From Oculina patagonica (Eukaryota): a stretch of DNA of 64,000 nucleotides. The notes beneath the pieces are model-generated. The model worked only from the letters and a program-made list of their open reading frames with translations. It did no database searches and had not been told where the DNA came from. The position numbers and the translations under genes were made by a program. Each line of letters opens with the position of its first letter. The first letter of the stretch is position 1. The stretch lies in the NCBI RefSeq assembly GCF_052425735.1, contig NC_135762.1:31310001-31374000 (forward strand), read 5' to 3'. Positions 44,981 through 59,069 of the stretch are shown piece by piece.

Positions 44981-44986
44981 AATAAA
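44981..44986 (+). terminator. Likely polyadenylation signal of the HMGB-like gene
   Basis: AATAAA followed by a GT/T-rich downstream element (ttctttttcagtagttgtttctttgtttg), ~1.1 kb after the stop. Confidence 0.55.
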
Positions 44987-47390
44987 GCTGTTCTTTTTCA
45001 GTAGTTGTTTCTTTGTTTGTTCAGGTATCTAAAAATCATCATGTGAAAGCTGTCACCTTGGCCCTGTAGATGCAAACAACAATAGTGTGTATTGGCTTAG
45101 TCTAACCCTTAGGGTTAGCGTTGTCCCCCTCCCCTGTGTCCCTCCGAGGAGAGGAAGGCTGACATTTCAGACTAGGATTGGCTGTCGGCCAATCGAAACT
45201 ATTGAACTGAGTCCCTGTTTCCAGAGCGGTAGCTAAAATGGGAGGGTGGATTGTGTTTTGAGCCAGACTTGGACCCATTAGCCAGTTTGATCCATGACAA
45301 GCAGTGCCGGAGATGGAAGAATTGCTGAATATGCACAGTTATCATTGACAGAGAAAGTTTAAAACAACAAATCAGGCTGGAGAGAACATTGAAACAACGC
45401 CAAAATTGTTGTAGCTAGACTTGTAGTTACAGTGTATTGTAGGAAAAAACTTTTCATTTTTAAAAAAAAAAATTGTAACTCATTTTGATTTTTGCTCAGA
45501 CAAAATGAGTTTCCTCTGCCATTTTCCTATCGACTAGCATTATTTTGAGGCTTCCTTCAGGTTAACTCAGTGTTTCGCATTGTACAGACTTCAATGCCAA
45601 AGAAAGTGTTCTATTGAAACTTATCAACAACAACAGTGATCAAAATGTATTTTCTCCAATTGAAATCTCCTTTGTTCACATGACTTTCATGTTCGATGAA
45701 CAACGGAAATTGCTTTCTTATTTTCTTGGTTATGCTATTATTTAATTATCGAAGCTTGTATTAATTTGCTTCGGACGTCTTTCTCGGGAGTAAATGCCCA
45801 GAAAAGACGGTTGGGATTCAGATATTTTCATATTTTACATTCACTGTGTTTCCTCCAGATCTTGAAATAACATGTTTTGCAATGATTCTCTATCGTTTTG
45901 AATTTTTCATATGGTTTCGGGCAACCAAATTATTAACAAATGCAGTTTGAAAAAAGAAAACAAATGTAGTTCCATTGAATACGTTAAAAACAATTATTAG
46001 CCGGATTTCTATGACCCTTTCTAGTTGGTGGTTGTTGCATCAGAACAAAAACCCCACTATGCCCAAAACAAAACAAAAGAACTCGATTAATGAACACCTC
46101 TTTGTCTTAACACTCACTGTTATAGCCCTTGCGCCTAAAATTAGACTTTTTCAGCGCTTTTCTTTAAATAAATCAGGTCCAAGATGATGGATGATACACA
46201 ATCAGTGTGATATCGGCTTCTTTTTCAACCTTGGCAAAAAAAAAACCCGCGCACCTCACGAAGAACTTGCGCGCTTCGTCAGAGGTCAACAAAAATCACT
46301 TTAAAAAATAGATATAAACCCAGGGTTATCAAATACTTGAAAAGCCATTTAAATGCTGTGCAGCGAGTTTTGTTGGGTTCGAAACCGAAAGCAATTAACA
46401 CCCCTCACGCGACATCAAAAACGTGACATTTCCCTCTCATCTGTCACATGATCGTGATGGCCACTGACAGCGCTGCGAATTATCCTAAAATAGAAACAAT
46501 GGTCAAAGTAATAACAGATGAATAAGGGGCTTCCACAGAGCCTCAAAGGAAATCGCGAATTCTTTGTGGGTATCAGAAATTTTCTGTGCGAACAAGCGCG
46601 TTTGGGGGTTAATAATAATAAAGCTCATTCGAAAGAAATTTCAGCTTCGCGTGTGCGGCTACGCATCAGCGGCTGATACAAAAGGGTTCGCTGCACTTCA
46701 GAAGTTTCTCATGATTTATAAACAGGGTATTTTAGAAGGATGAACAGCATCGAACATTTTACTCTAGTGCTGCCTGTGTTGTTATCGCAAACTCCAAGAA
46801 TTTGAAGTGTTGGGAATATTCGGAAGGCTTTCTCTATCCAATCTGAGCCAACAATACAATATGTTCTATTTACATCATTTTGTCAAACACATGGCGAAAT
46901 CAGGTGACTTCCTTCCATCTGATGCTGAATAATTCAACAAAGACACTTCTAAACAAACATCCATAAATCCGCCTAAAGGCTTCATGATTTTTCCTTCTCG
47001 TTGCCTTCAAACAGGAACATGAATATAAATATCGCTACAATATCCTATATTGGTGTTTTCAAAAAAAGCGCAAATATATCCACACAGAGAAAAACAACAA
47101 TAACACGGCCTCAAAGCTGTTTCAATGTTATAGACTCCAATTTATTCTTGCTGTGAACAGCAAACTGTACAGACTTTACAAAATCCTATACAGTTAAAAA
47201 TACAGGTCATAGCTCTTATCTTACAAAAGTTCCCAGCCAAAGAAAATTATTAAAGCCGAGCTCTGTCTTTATACACCAAAACACAACGCGAAATGAATAT
47301 TCGATTAAACGTGAAATTTACATATCTTTGTATACCAGAAAATTTATATATGCACACAAATATTTTGCTCTAAAGTTCTTGTTTTTAACC

Positions 47391-47882
47391 CTAGCATGGA
47401 ATACAGGACGAGACTGGAAAACTAACCACATCTTTGGTGCAATTTAGGAGATTCATACTGCTTCGCTTTCTTCTTTCTTGATTTCTTGAATTCAGCGCTT
47501 CTCTCGAAGGCTTGCTTGCGTTTTCTTGCGAAACCATCGACTCATCCAAGTCGCAAATGGATCCGTTTTCCCCAATTCGAAACGCCACCGATTTTGGGTC
47601 GATCCATAGCGTTAGCTCTTCGGGAAGCGTTAGATCTTTGTTGAGAAGACCGCTAGCTTGTGCTGCTTCAGCGATAACTGGATCGAGGGAATGGTTGATT
47701 CTAATACAGCGAAATCCACTTCCTAACAAAGGATTCTGAGGGTGCCAATGATGCTTGTATCTCGCGCATAAAATCTCCTTCATTTTCTTGTGAAAAGCTT
47801 CTATCTGCTTCTCCGATAGCTTTCTGTTACTCCTCATCATCTTCGTGACGAATCTACAAGCCATTTCAACTTCAGCCTTCAT
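47391..47882 (-). CDS. BTG/Tob antiproliferative family protein, BTG1/BTG2-like, 163 aa, intronless CDS
   Basis: MKAEVEMACRFV start; box A YKHHWHPQNPLLGSGFRCIRIN; box B LPEELTLWIDPKSVAFRIGE; box-C-like NGSICDL. AATAAA on the minus strand at 47141-47146. Confidence 0.93.
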   Translation of the reverse strand: MKAEVEMACRFVTKMMRSNRKLSEKQIEAFHKKMKEILCARYKHHWHPQNPLLGSGFRCIRINHSLDPVIAEAAQASGLLNKDLTLPEELTLWIDPKSVAFRIGENGSICDLDESMVSQENASKPSREALNSRNQERRKRSSMNLLNCTKDVVSFPVSSCIPC

Positions 47883-48164
47883 GATTTACGACTCTATCTT
47901 GAGAAACTAAAAATTTATCCTTCAGCGAACAGTGTTTTTAGTTTCGTTTTCGTCCGTTTGGTATTGTTCCAAATAGCAGTGTTTCTTTCAATCAAGTTAC
48001 TTTCTCGGGAGTCTCAACCCAACGGCTCACTAGCAAATTACCATCCACCACCGAACACAACGGCTCCTTCTCCGAAATCGTTCTTCAGCTAACCTTCTTC
48101 AAGCTTTTTTTCGCGTCGAAACTTTTGCGGAAATAATAGCCTTGCGTCTGGTAAAAAACCCACA

Positions 48165-48192
48165 CAGTGACGTCACGACAGCGACCAATCAC
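48165..48192 (-). promoter_or_regulatory. BTG promoter: full palindromic CRE plus CCAAT box
   Basis: TGACGTCA at 48168-48175 and CCAAT at 48185-48189, ~290 bp upstream of the BTG ATG. Confidence 0.6.
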
Positions 48193-51100
48193 AAGCGAGA
48201 ATGTTACAAAGGGCTCGAGTCGGGTTGCTAAGCGAAAAGGTTGAAATGTGAATAGCCTTTTGTTGTGGGACAGCTTGTCTGTTTGCCGTCAATACTGCGC
48301 TGAAACGCGCAAGAAAAATTGGGATTCTTCGCATCTATTTTTTTGTTTCGTGGCAATCATGTCCAGAATTTTATTATTTACTCTGTGGCTTGACTTATAT
48401 CGTCTTATCAGAGGGGTAAATGAAGCTTTGTGTTGGGACGTGATCGAGCCTGTTTTGAAAAGCCAATCTAATTCATGCGTGACGTAGAAAATAAACACAG
48501 ATGAAGATTAAGATAATCTATAAGCGGCCCGGAACGCCATGTTTCTTCATTGTTTAATTGTTCTATTATCTTTTTTACAAGGCGCCTTACACGATGATCA
48601 ACTTTTTGTCCTCTCAAATAATGCCCAAGTTGAAAAGTCGCTCCAAAGATGAGTGTTAAAAACCTCGACTTTTTTGATCGCTCACGAAAATGAAAGTGAA
48701 AGGAAATACCGCATTTGTTGAATAATTAATTCATCGTCACATCCGCTTGTCATGCTTATATGAACTTTCATGGAACGGTTCACGATTTCGCGTTTTTTGT
48801 GTGTGCGGACTTTCATCTTCAACATTTTTTTCTGTAAAAATCCATACAAACCGCCCAGCTTCACAACAAAACACGCTTGGATTTCGGCTTTTGTTTCGCC
48901 ACACAAAACCGTTCTTATAACATCGACAAACTTTCGGAAAGGCAAAAGGAAAACAAAGTATGTCGATATTGCGCCTAAAAGGTTGAGCTGCTCGAATGTT
49001 CAATCATCGGACACGCATGGTTGAACCCAATTAAAAATATTGCAAAATGAATCCATTATCGAGTATTTATCTCATGCGACAACTCGTGTACCCGAAACGA
49101 GCGATTGGACCACATGGGGGTGTTAAATCTATATTGTTACCAGATCGTTCGTTCAAAATAAATATCTTTTTATCGGCCTGAGTACAAAGTGTCCAATGCA
49201 GCATTAACCTCTAACCTTGTCTCAGGGAAAATTCCAAAAAGGTTGCATTCTTCATGATGCTAATCACAACAGATATTTTCATCTGTCAAACTTTGTTGTA
49301 AACAAAAGTTTCGCTTTTAAACGAAAGGATAGGTGTGATTCTTATTTTATGTTTTCTTGCACGTACAAACTTGCGTGTACTGGCGCCTTCGGACTTGCTC
49401 TCTGTGGGAGATCCTTCGAATCTCGATAAAACAGCGGGATATACAATTTATTGGCGCAAGGCGTGATTATACAACAACTGAAAAAGTTCACATAATATTT
49501 CATACACAAATCAAAATAAAATGATAAAATACCCGTAAGCCAGAAACCAGAAAATTTTTCAACGAGTAATTTAAACAGAGATGTAAACAATGTTCAATAT
49601 ATTTTATTGTTGTTTTCTCTGTGTCACTGTAAAAATACATAAAATTATAATCACCTCGCGCCCTATTCAAACTTTAGCACGTTCAGTGAGAATTTGCCTC
49701 GGCGCAACAGATGGTTGATGTGTTGTAAGTCGATTGTTGTTTCCTTAAAAAATAAAATGAATTTATGTTAGAAATAATGGTCAGTATATTCTCCTTAAAA
49801 TCAGAGCCATTTAATTCTGAGCCTTTTTAGATTTATTTTATAAAGCAAATAAAAAGCAAGAATCTCGTTTATATTAAGCTGCGGGAAGAATAAATTTGTA
49901 TAATTAGAACTTTTACAACGGCCTTTGTCTCTATTTAAAAACCAATTTTGCTTCGTTTTCTTTTGCTAACGTTTGCAGCTGGCTTCATTAAACAGGCAAA
50001 AACATCTTTGCAAAGGTTTTCGACTGTAATTTTTTTCTCTTACAAAATCGGCTCAGATGGACAGCCTGTCCTAAAGGCTTTAATTAAAACAATTGTTGGT
50101 AGTTAACCAGCAAAGATCTGATGATTTAAAAAGAATATAAATTACCCGTACAAATGAAAGCCCGGTAAAAGGAAACCATTTGAATGAAAATGGCCATTTT
50201 CAATGGCTTTCCTGTAAACCACAACAGTTCATTTTTAGCATTGTAGTGGCTTCATTTATATCGATTTACCGACGACTAACCTCTCTGTTTAGTTTAAATA
50301 AAGCAAAATCGAAACAAAGGGTGTTATATGAAGCTTTCATGTTTAAATTGTATATTTTGCGTACAAAGTCTGTTTGACCACATCCAAAACTTGACTGATC
50401 CGGGTCAGAAATCGGAACTGGGATAGCTACGTAGGTTGTACAATAGGGCTGGACTGGCCGAAACAGTACACTAAACATCCGGTTTTCACCAGATCCATTT
50501 TGTAAACTATCTGGTTCTGAGCCAAACTATTCCATATCCCACCTCCTTTATTTTTTTTTTATCCTGTATCGGGTTCGGGTAATTTTGTCGTCAGAACTCG
50601 TCCAAAACAAAACACAGTCAGATTGTGACCAAGGCTATATCTTCTATTGCAACGCTGAGAAATTTCACTATTTTAATTACATTTTTTTGTTTAATTCGAG
50701 GACCTCTTATACTGATATAAATACGTCTTATACCAGGCAATTTTTTCAACAAAGACAGTTTCAGGGATGTCGTATAAGTAATTTCAAGTATTACAATTCG
50801 AGTGATCTTGAAATGAAAACATATTATTTTACCTTTATTCAAATCCCTGTTGATCAGTTCCTTGAAATAGCCGTGAAATTTGTACTATCAATTTACCGCA
50901 AGAAAACTGTTGCAGTATAATTAAACTCCTTTTCTTTCTAACTGGTAGAAGACAGTATATACTGATTTGAATTTAATGTCCCTTATATTAGCAGAATGAC
51001 GGATTTAGTCCGTTTTCTATACTGCATGTCAGTCCAATACAACTATCAACATGTACTCCGTTTCGATCTGTTGCTATCAAATAATGTTATTCGGCAATGT

Positions 51101-54100
51101 ACGCGCACGTACACAGCCCATGTTTTGTCAAGGCTATTGACCTGCCATTTATGATGTTGTGTATGTTAGATTGAACCACTCGTGATTTCGATACAGGGTC
51201 GCATTTTTTGCCGCATACATCATACATAATGTTACAAGTATTTTCATCAGTGCAAATTTAGCTTTGGCTACAACTTACGATGGCAAATTAAGAAAACATC
51301 TATATAGAGTTTAAAAAATGAATTAAAAAAAAATACCTCCAAATGTCAGTAGCAGCACTGTTAGCTTTTTTGGGAAATGAACTTGTAAATACATTTCTTA
51401 TCATAAAGGCCATAGTTGGGATTCCCTTAACAGTTGTACTTAACGGTAATTTTTTGCTGTGTTTTTCATGCGCAGTCTTTTGTCACAGTGCCTCTCCCAC
51501 CCAGGGGTATAAATGGTTCCCTGCAAACTTGTTGAGCAATCATGACAGAATGCTGGGGAGTAACCTGCGATTGACTAGCATCCCATCCAGGGGGGAGTAG
51601 CAATACTCTTAGCCCCTAGCCGCCATTTATGCTACAGAAAACTGTCGGATATAAGACTCCGATGCTTATGAGACACAAAGTGATGGAGGCTTTATCACTT
51701 TTTTTGCCGAAAGCCTTCTTTGTACAGTGGTGTAGCAGCTCTAGTAAGCTTGTAATTCTACTGGTCTTCTAGTGTAGCTATATGTAGTATAGTTGCTATT
51801 TGGGTTAGAAGCATCGTTCCTGTCTTTTTGTTTGTTCTATTATTCTCTCAAGGCCAAGCAAGCTCGCTATGACTCATTCATGCTGAGACCTCCCGAAAAC
51901 TACAACCCTAGGCTACCTACTTTGTAATCGTTCAGCCGATAAATGATGATTTGGCAAACAAATGGACTTGCTGAAAAACAGCCTGCAAAACAGAGCAACT
52001 GATGACAGTCCCAGGCTAGAAAAAATAGACGCGTGAAAAAAAAAAAAACAATAAGCTTAGCAGCTATTTTTGTCCGCTCACTGACCATATCAGGGTTTTG
52101 AAATCTGGTTCTGAGCCAAAATATTTCATTTTCAATATTGTTTTATTTCCTGTCGCTTCGCCTCTCGTGGTTTTGCTTTGACTACGCTCGAGGGCCTGTC
52201 TACAACTGTGGTAATAAAGTTAGACGAATTGTGAAAAACCCATATCTGGGCCTTAAGGGCCACTCTATAGATACTCTTCCTTCTTCATTTTGAATTCGAG
52301 AAATTCTCTACTGTGAAAACAGTGGCGATGTTTTAATGATTATCCCAATTTATTGATATTTAAAACTAAGAGTTCGTTGATCTTGGAAAGATAAAGTTAT
52401 AAACATTGTATACATGTACAACTGAATTGATTTTAAATAGGTTGTCCAAGTTTTTGAGCTAGTCGAGGTTCCCTAATTGCGTAAAAATCCCGATGCATCA
52501 CATTACAGTAAGAATTAATTTTATAATTCAACTAGCTAGAAGTACACAGAACTATAACAAAAGGTTTTGTTTCTGTCAACAGTGTACGGGCATGTATAGA
52601 AAATAAATTTAGTTAGCTTGCACTTGTTAATGGTATATTGTGTGTGAGACATAAAGACGGCTATATGTTTATCTTTGCAACATGCATTCACGTATGTTTC
52701 GAATCTCAACGAGCCAAAAACAAAATCATATATATTGGGACTACAAAAAATTCGTTAATTTCGCTTTTCTTGCGGTATTTAATGCGGTAATTAATGCTAA
52801 AACTGTTCGGCTTACTGTAATGCCGGATATCCGTGTTCTCAGAGAATGAGAGCCCAGTTTACCGAAAAAAGATCTATTGAAACGAGCCCCGACAAGCAAA
52901 TTAAAAACAGCAGAAATCTTAAGGTGTTACGTTTTTCAGTGACTGGGGCGAAAAAATAAGAATTTGTCGACGCCTCAAGCTTTGCAATTATAAATCTGGA
53001 GTATTAATTCCCAGTAGCTTGTACTGTACTTTAAGCGGTATGGTTTATACAAAACTGAGTCGAGATATTGAGAGGGGTAAGGGCTGGTTTAGGAAAAGAG
53101 AAATGCGCTAGAAATAGGAAATATTGTTTATAAATGAAAACGTCTTGCCTTTCTTTCACGGTGTAGTACGTAGTGTTTGTGCGGAATAATTCAGCTACTC
53201 TAAACAGAAGCATTTGCTACTGAAAACAAGGCAAGACATTTATATTCAAAAGTCCCTCGTATTTTTAGTTCCTTGAATAATAGTCCTGGTTTTGGCAATA
53301 ACGGAAATAATGGAGACGTTGATTCCCTTGGGATAATAGCGACACTTCCTTGGAATAGTGTGAGTGTTTTTTTTTGTGAAATAAGAAGGGAACGCTGCAA
53401 ATTTCAGAGGAGGAAAAATGGAATAATGGACACTGCATTATTCTTCTTCAGCCCCCGAGTCCGACCCGAGATTAAGTAACGGTTTACTGCGAATAATGGT
53501 AAGAATTTAAAGCAAAGAACCAATGATTTTGTGAAGTGTGTTAGTTTTATTTCAGCTTCAGCATCTTGGCACAGGAGCTTCAAGTTCTCTTCTATCTGTA
53601 ACGAATCTTCTGAAGATTCGCTTGTTGCAGATCACGGGGGTGGAAGCCCGGAGGAGGAAGGCGTGTATTCTGCATGATACGTGCTCGAATTCCCTGCTGT
53701 GTGCGTGGATCCTTCAGAACTCTTGACTCCGAAATCTTGAAGCAGTGGGCGTGAAGCTGATAAAAAAATAAATCCCCGTGCAAACAGCCAAGAGATACAA
53801 CAAAATGTCTACTAATTCTGGTAAATTAGAATATCAACTCGCTCAAAGTTCACAAGTTCAGGCTGTTTGATACGTCATGATACGTCACTCTTCTCACGTA
53901 TCCTATTTTTCTGCTTTTTTCGCTAAATATTACGTATGGAGAAATAAGGCAAAAGATTCATATTAAAGACTAAATTTAGTTCCAGTGGAATATTTACTAA
54001 AGTGCCTCAAAGTACCCACTAATAAAGGCAAAAAAGTTCTATCTATTTTTAGTGGTCAAGAATATTCTACGATCAGCTAAGATTATAATGATCATGTTAA

Positions 54101-57100
54101 TGGCTTGAGTTTACAAAACCATTACACAGTAAATGACAGATAATGTCGGAAAAGAAGGCTAAGGAAGCTTAACGAGGGCGCGAACGGAAATGATTTACAA
54201 TTTGCAAGGCAGAATGGAAAGAGAATACCCACGTTTTAAACTATGCTTGGTTTCTCTTTAATTTTTTAATATGAGGTTGATAAATTTTAAAAAATTCTGG
54301 ATTTTTTAATAGCTACGTGAGAAGTACATAAAGAATTGAAAGTCAAAACACCGGTGATACATTTATCCAGTACAACTTGAACCTATATTTTAATGAAGTA
54401 TGTGAAAACTGATATAAATGGCAAGTAATATTTTTAAAGTTCTTTGTCTAATGGCCGTGTTAGTATTATAGTTTATTATACGTGTTCTATACACTATCAT
54501 TCTGTTGACGTTATGTTCCAAAGGGAGAAAAAAAATTAACATTGCGCTGAAAAAACTCTTTCTTATATGTGATGGTCTCCTGTAATTTGCAATGGGTTGA
54601 AATTTGTTCGCAATGATTTTGTAACAAATAATTAGCGATACATTCATTGTTAAAATATAATATACCTATAGAACGAAGCATTTTAACAACGCGAACCAAA
54701 TTTACGCGTAATAAAACTAACGCGAAATGAAGAAAAGTTCTGGTTAAATGCTTATAGCAAATGTTCTTAAAATGTGTTAACATAAATAAAATTAATGCGA
54801 ATTTTTGAAATTTGCGTTAATAACATTATACATGTAGGTAAGTGGCACGATCAGCATGAGTCATTTTCTCAGGTAAAAAAATTTTAGCGCCCGGCAACCG
54901 GTTGCGCTTGTGGTTTTGATAATGGCCTTTTGTGGTAAAACTAAAACGGAGTTATTACATGGGTAGTTTATTCGTTGGCAAAAAGTGCAAACCTCTTAAA
55001 TACAGACACCAAAAAACAGGGAAGAATGTCCATATTAATATTATGGTGTCCGTATTACAGAGAAAAAGTTTATATGAATTTTGGTCTCTTTCAGACCAAA
55101 TAAACTGTCCCTAATATGGAGGTGGCAGTATTATAAATCGAGGTGTCCGCAACCCGGCGCAAAAAAGCGCGGGAAAATTCGCGTGCGTGAGTCATACCAA
55201 GCTTTGACCTGATTGGACGAGAAGGCGACAAGTAATCAACTCTTTAGAACAGGTAAAAGCCTCTTTTGTGTAGCCGCTCAAATTCAAAAGGAGTTACATC
55301 AAACGTTTTTCCGCTCAGAGTTATCGATGATAAGATGCGTTCTTCAGAGTTGCGACTAACATTCAGCGAGAATTTAAAAGTTTGCACCACTTCAATGAAG
55401 GGGTATAATCCAAGCTAACAAAAATAGAGGAAAATTCATTCTGCAGTTTTATTCTTCCCAATGCTTCAATGCTTCTTATATACATTGAAAAATTGACCTT
55501 TATCATGTTAATAAAATAGTACGGGTTGTATTGGTTTACAACAATAGCATTTTCATAACCAATCACAAAAATCAAACCACACATCGCAGCTTAATTTCTT
55601 TAGAACTGGTTCGATTTTTTTCGAGCTTTTGTCGCACGACACTTAAAAGTTTTGGCATGACGTTTAAACTTAAAAAAGTATAACGTTTTCATTGAATGCC
55701 CAAATCGTAAGTTAACAAATAAAAACCTTTTTAAGCATTATCTTTAAAACAGCATTTTCACGCAAATTAAACTACATTTGTAATATTTACATTCTACAGA
55801 TGGAAGCAGTTATAAAGTTTTCTTTTGTGCGTGTTTTTTTTTTACCGCAGATATTTCAAAGCTACATTTTGATCGCAAAGTTTCATTTTAAGAAGACGTT
55901 TAATATCAGAAATATATACAACCGTTACAATAGTATTATCTAGCCGATTTAAGTAGCCATTTTAAAGAAAAGGAACAACTGTTTTTCTAAGAAATGCTAC
56001 TCATCTCGTTATCAAGATTTTGTGGCAAGATTTCCATTAAGCACATTAAGTGCTCCAATCTTCCTTTGTATTTTGCCCAACTGTTCAAATGACCTGCACA
56101 CATTAGAAAAGCTATTGTGTTGTTTTAGCCGGTGTGATTTGCAAGGGAAATAATTTAGTGTCTTTTAGTAATGAAAGCAAAGTTTTCTCTATTAACTGCA
56201 CCTGCGGAACATTTACTTTGTTTTAATAATTTCCGCCTTTTTGCAAATTACCGACAAATAAAAATATATTGCTGTGAGAGAGATCTTCCTTCCTTTAATT
56301 GACTTCTAATTTAATTCTTTATAGAATTAATGTAAAATAAGAGGTTTTATCTCGTCTAGCGTTTTACTTATCTATATATAAGCTTTTTATGAACCGTTGT
56401 TTTAAAAATATGTTGTTTTGCCATACAGGATGTTTTCAAGGGATGCCATGCTTTCAGTACAATACAAAACGGGTCCCTTTCAGTTCGCATTTTTAACACT
56501 CCCTTCTGAACACCTGCTTTTGAAACAAAACAATTCATAAATCAAAAATCCAAGCATGCATTCAACTAAACGGGCAAGGAGCACAAGAAATCACTGACCA
56601 GAAATTTAGCATTTTCACCTATAGTGTTTTTCCCAAGGACCGGTTTCAGAACAAGGCAAGCACTTCAGGATTCGAAAAGCGTTGCAAAAAATCACATCCT
56701 TCGAATGCCTTCACCTAAATAATTCGCTCGGTTCATTGAATAGCGAACGCATGAACAAGCGATGAACACTAGAATTTGAACCATAACAGAACAGAGCAAC
56801 TCAAACGAATAAACCTAAGCGAAGCGCAGCAACACGCATACTGTTCACAAGACATTTGAGAAGCGTTTGAAAAGATGAAGTTACGAAGCCCTGTAAGCAC
56901 ATCAAGCGAAAGTGTACTTGCTACAAAGGACTTGGCGCAAAGTTTGAGGTAATTGAAGACAGCGGATAGAAAAAGTTATTGTGGTTGATATGAAAGCGCG
57001 CTTATATGCGACACTCTTCCTGTGAAAATTTCATTTCTCGTATTTGAGAAACGATTTTAATTCTCACCAATTCACCGTCGGGTAGTCGAGTAAAATTTGC

Positions 57101-58594
57101 TAAACATTTGTATAGAAACAAAGAACTTTTAGACGTTGTTTAAACAGAAGGACTTCGAACTCTTCGTAAAAACTGTAAATTAAATGTGTTTGGTGATATC
57201 TCGCTTAAAAATTCAACTAAATCTTTCAGGCAATTTTATCTGCAATATTTCGTAAGCTAATAAAATGCGACAAGTTAAAACAACCACCGATTTGCAAGGA
57301 TTAGCGAGTTTTCTTTTGAGCTGTTGCGAATTAATCCGCATGTGTTTCCGAAAAGATTTTAATTACACGGTGGTATATTGTAACGTAATTAAAGAAAATG
57401 TATTCAAAACTTTTAAAATAGAACCTTGTTGATTAGCAGACCATTTGTTATTATCAAAAATTTTCCCAGCAATTTTTTTAGACAATTTGCGCCCGTCTGA
57501 GCAAAACGGAAACCAATCAGTCGTTTCCAAAGTTGATTTGCACTAAGATTTTCCGAATTTCTCATCTTAGGTTTTTAAAAGAAAAAAAAAATTCATTTTT
57601 TGCATTTGTTTCTTTAAATATCTGGATTTCTATAGTTCCCAAGTCATGAAATTGCGCTCAATTTTCAAACCGTCACAAAGGTGTTTCGTTAGCCGGAGCA
57701 AAAGTAGTTTGTGACCAAAATGTGTTCTCCATGTTCTCTCCGAAGTTTTTCGTGTCTGTCTGCGAAATGTTGGGCGGAGAAACTAAAATTACTATCTGAG
57801 TTATTTTTAAAGTTTTTCTTTTCATCTGTTTTGGTTTTTCTGTTGAGAATTGTAGACGATGTATGATGAAGTAAAATTGTGAAAATTCGGATATTCGATT
57901 TTATCCAAGTCGCAGGCGGGCAGCCGCCCTTTGCGATCAGCGTACAGCTCCCTGAAACGACCACGTTTCATGCAATGTTTTTTTTTTTATTTGGAAAGAT
58001 TGTTCTCTTGATCAGTTCCTAGACTAAAGGCTCTAAGATCAAATTATTTTATCTCCTTACTTATTGTCATACAATTGTATTAATGTCAGTAGTGAGAATT
58101 TAGTGGTTGGCCAAATTAAGCTGATTTTGCTTTGTTCTCGTGGTTTAAGACAACGGATGGTTTTAACCGCAGCGTTAAAATGCGGCATTTCCTCCTTTAA
58201 TCAAGCTTTTGTTCTCATCTCCCCTTAACAGTGAAAAATTAGATTTTGATCACACTTGGAACAAAAGTGTCACATATTTTACCAGATTTTTGAACAGCCA
58301 AAGGTTATATTTGTGAAGTAGGAAACCTTAAAATAATGGTCCATTTTTTTTTTAAAAGAAATTGCTATATAAGAGCACTGAAACTGTTAACGAACGTCTT
58401 TGGCTGTAAATGGCTCGAATGGTAATGGATTGAATTTGAAAAATTAAGGCTAAACTTTTCAAGTTGTTTCCGCGCGTCTTGAAAATTCGATATTTGTAGC
58501 CGTAGATTGATTTCTATCCGCAAATTAAGGCTATATCTTCCCATATATATTTAATTAAAGATAATGTTTTTCATGGGATTAGCTCCTTTAACAA

Positions 58595-59055
58595 AGCTTG
58601 AAATGGCTACCATTTTATGACGAAATTAATGTAATCAAGTTATGCTTAGTGTTTAAATGCCTTAATGGCCAATGCCCCGAGTATTTGTCCAATACACTGA
58701 CAAGGGTTAGTGATATTTCTACGAGACAGTCGAGGCATGGAAGCATAACCCTGAGATGCCCGAAATACTCGCGTGAAACAGAGGGAGAAAGGACTTTTGC
58801 AGTCACGGCAGTGAAAGAGTGGAATAAGCTCCCGATTAGATCTAGTCAGAATGTTAAGCTTTTTAAAAATAATTATGTAAATTACTTTAAGGAATCATAC
58901 GTAGGTCTCGACCATTTCTTTATTTCTTAAGTTAAACTCTATTTTAGTATTTTGTTTTTAGTCATTTCAATTTTATAATATAATGAGGGCCACTAGTTTC
59001 TCAGTTTTTAACTGTAAAGTGTTTTTACCCTCGTTAAATAAATAAAGTTATTAAG
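58595..59055 (+). mobile_element. 3' end of a CR1/L2-group LINE (ORF2 C-terminus plus 3' UTR)
   Basis: LKWLP..LVFKCLNGQCPEYL..RTFAVTAVKEWNKLP is typical of the post-RT tail; ends accctcgttaaataaataaag. Confidence 0.8.
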
Positions 59056-59069
59056 TTATTTTGCCCTTC

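Noticed and set aside
53273-53678. Plus-strand spliced mini-gene (donor ~53476, acceptor ~53554)
   Set aside because: Every frame gives only short, unrecognisable peptides, and the promoter-like motifs favour the minus strand.
56875-57251. Possible plus-strand exons MKLRSPVSTSSESV.. and QFYLQYF
   Set aside because: Splice-like signals exist, but there is no recognisable protein and no convincing downstream exon.
57824-57971. 49-aa minus-strand ORF MKRGRFRELYADRKGRLP..
   Set aside because: No motif, homology or supporting gene signals; an ORF this long is expected by chance.
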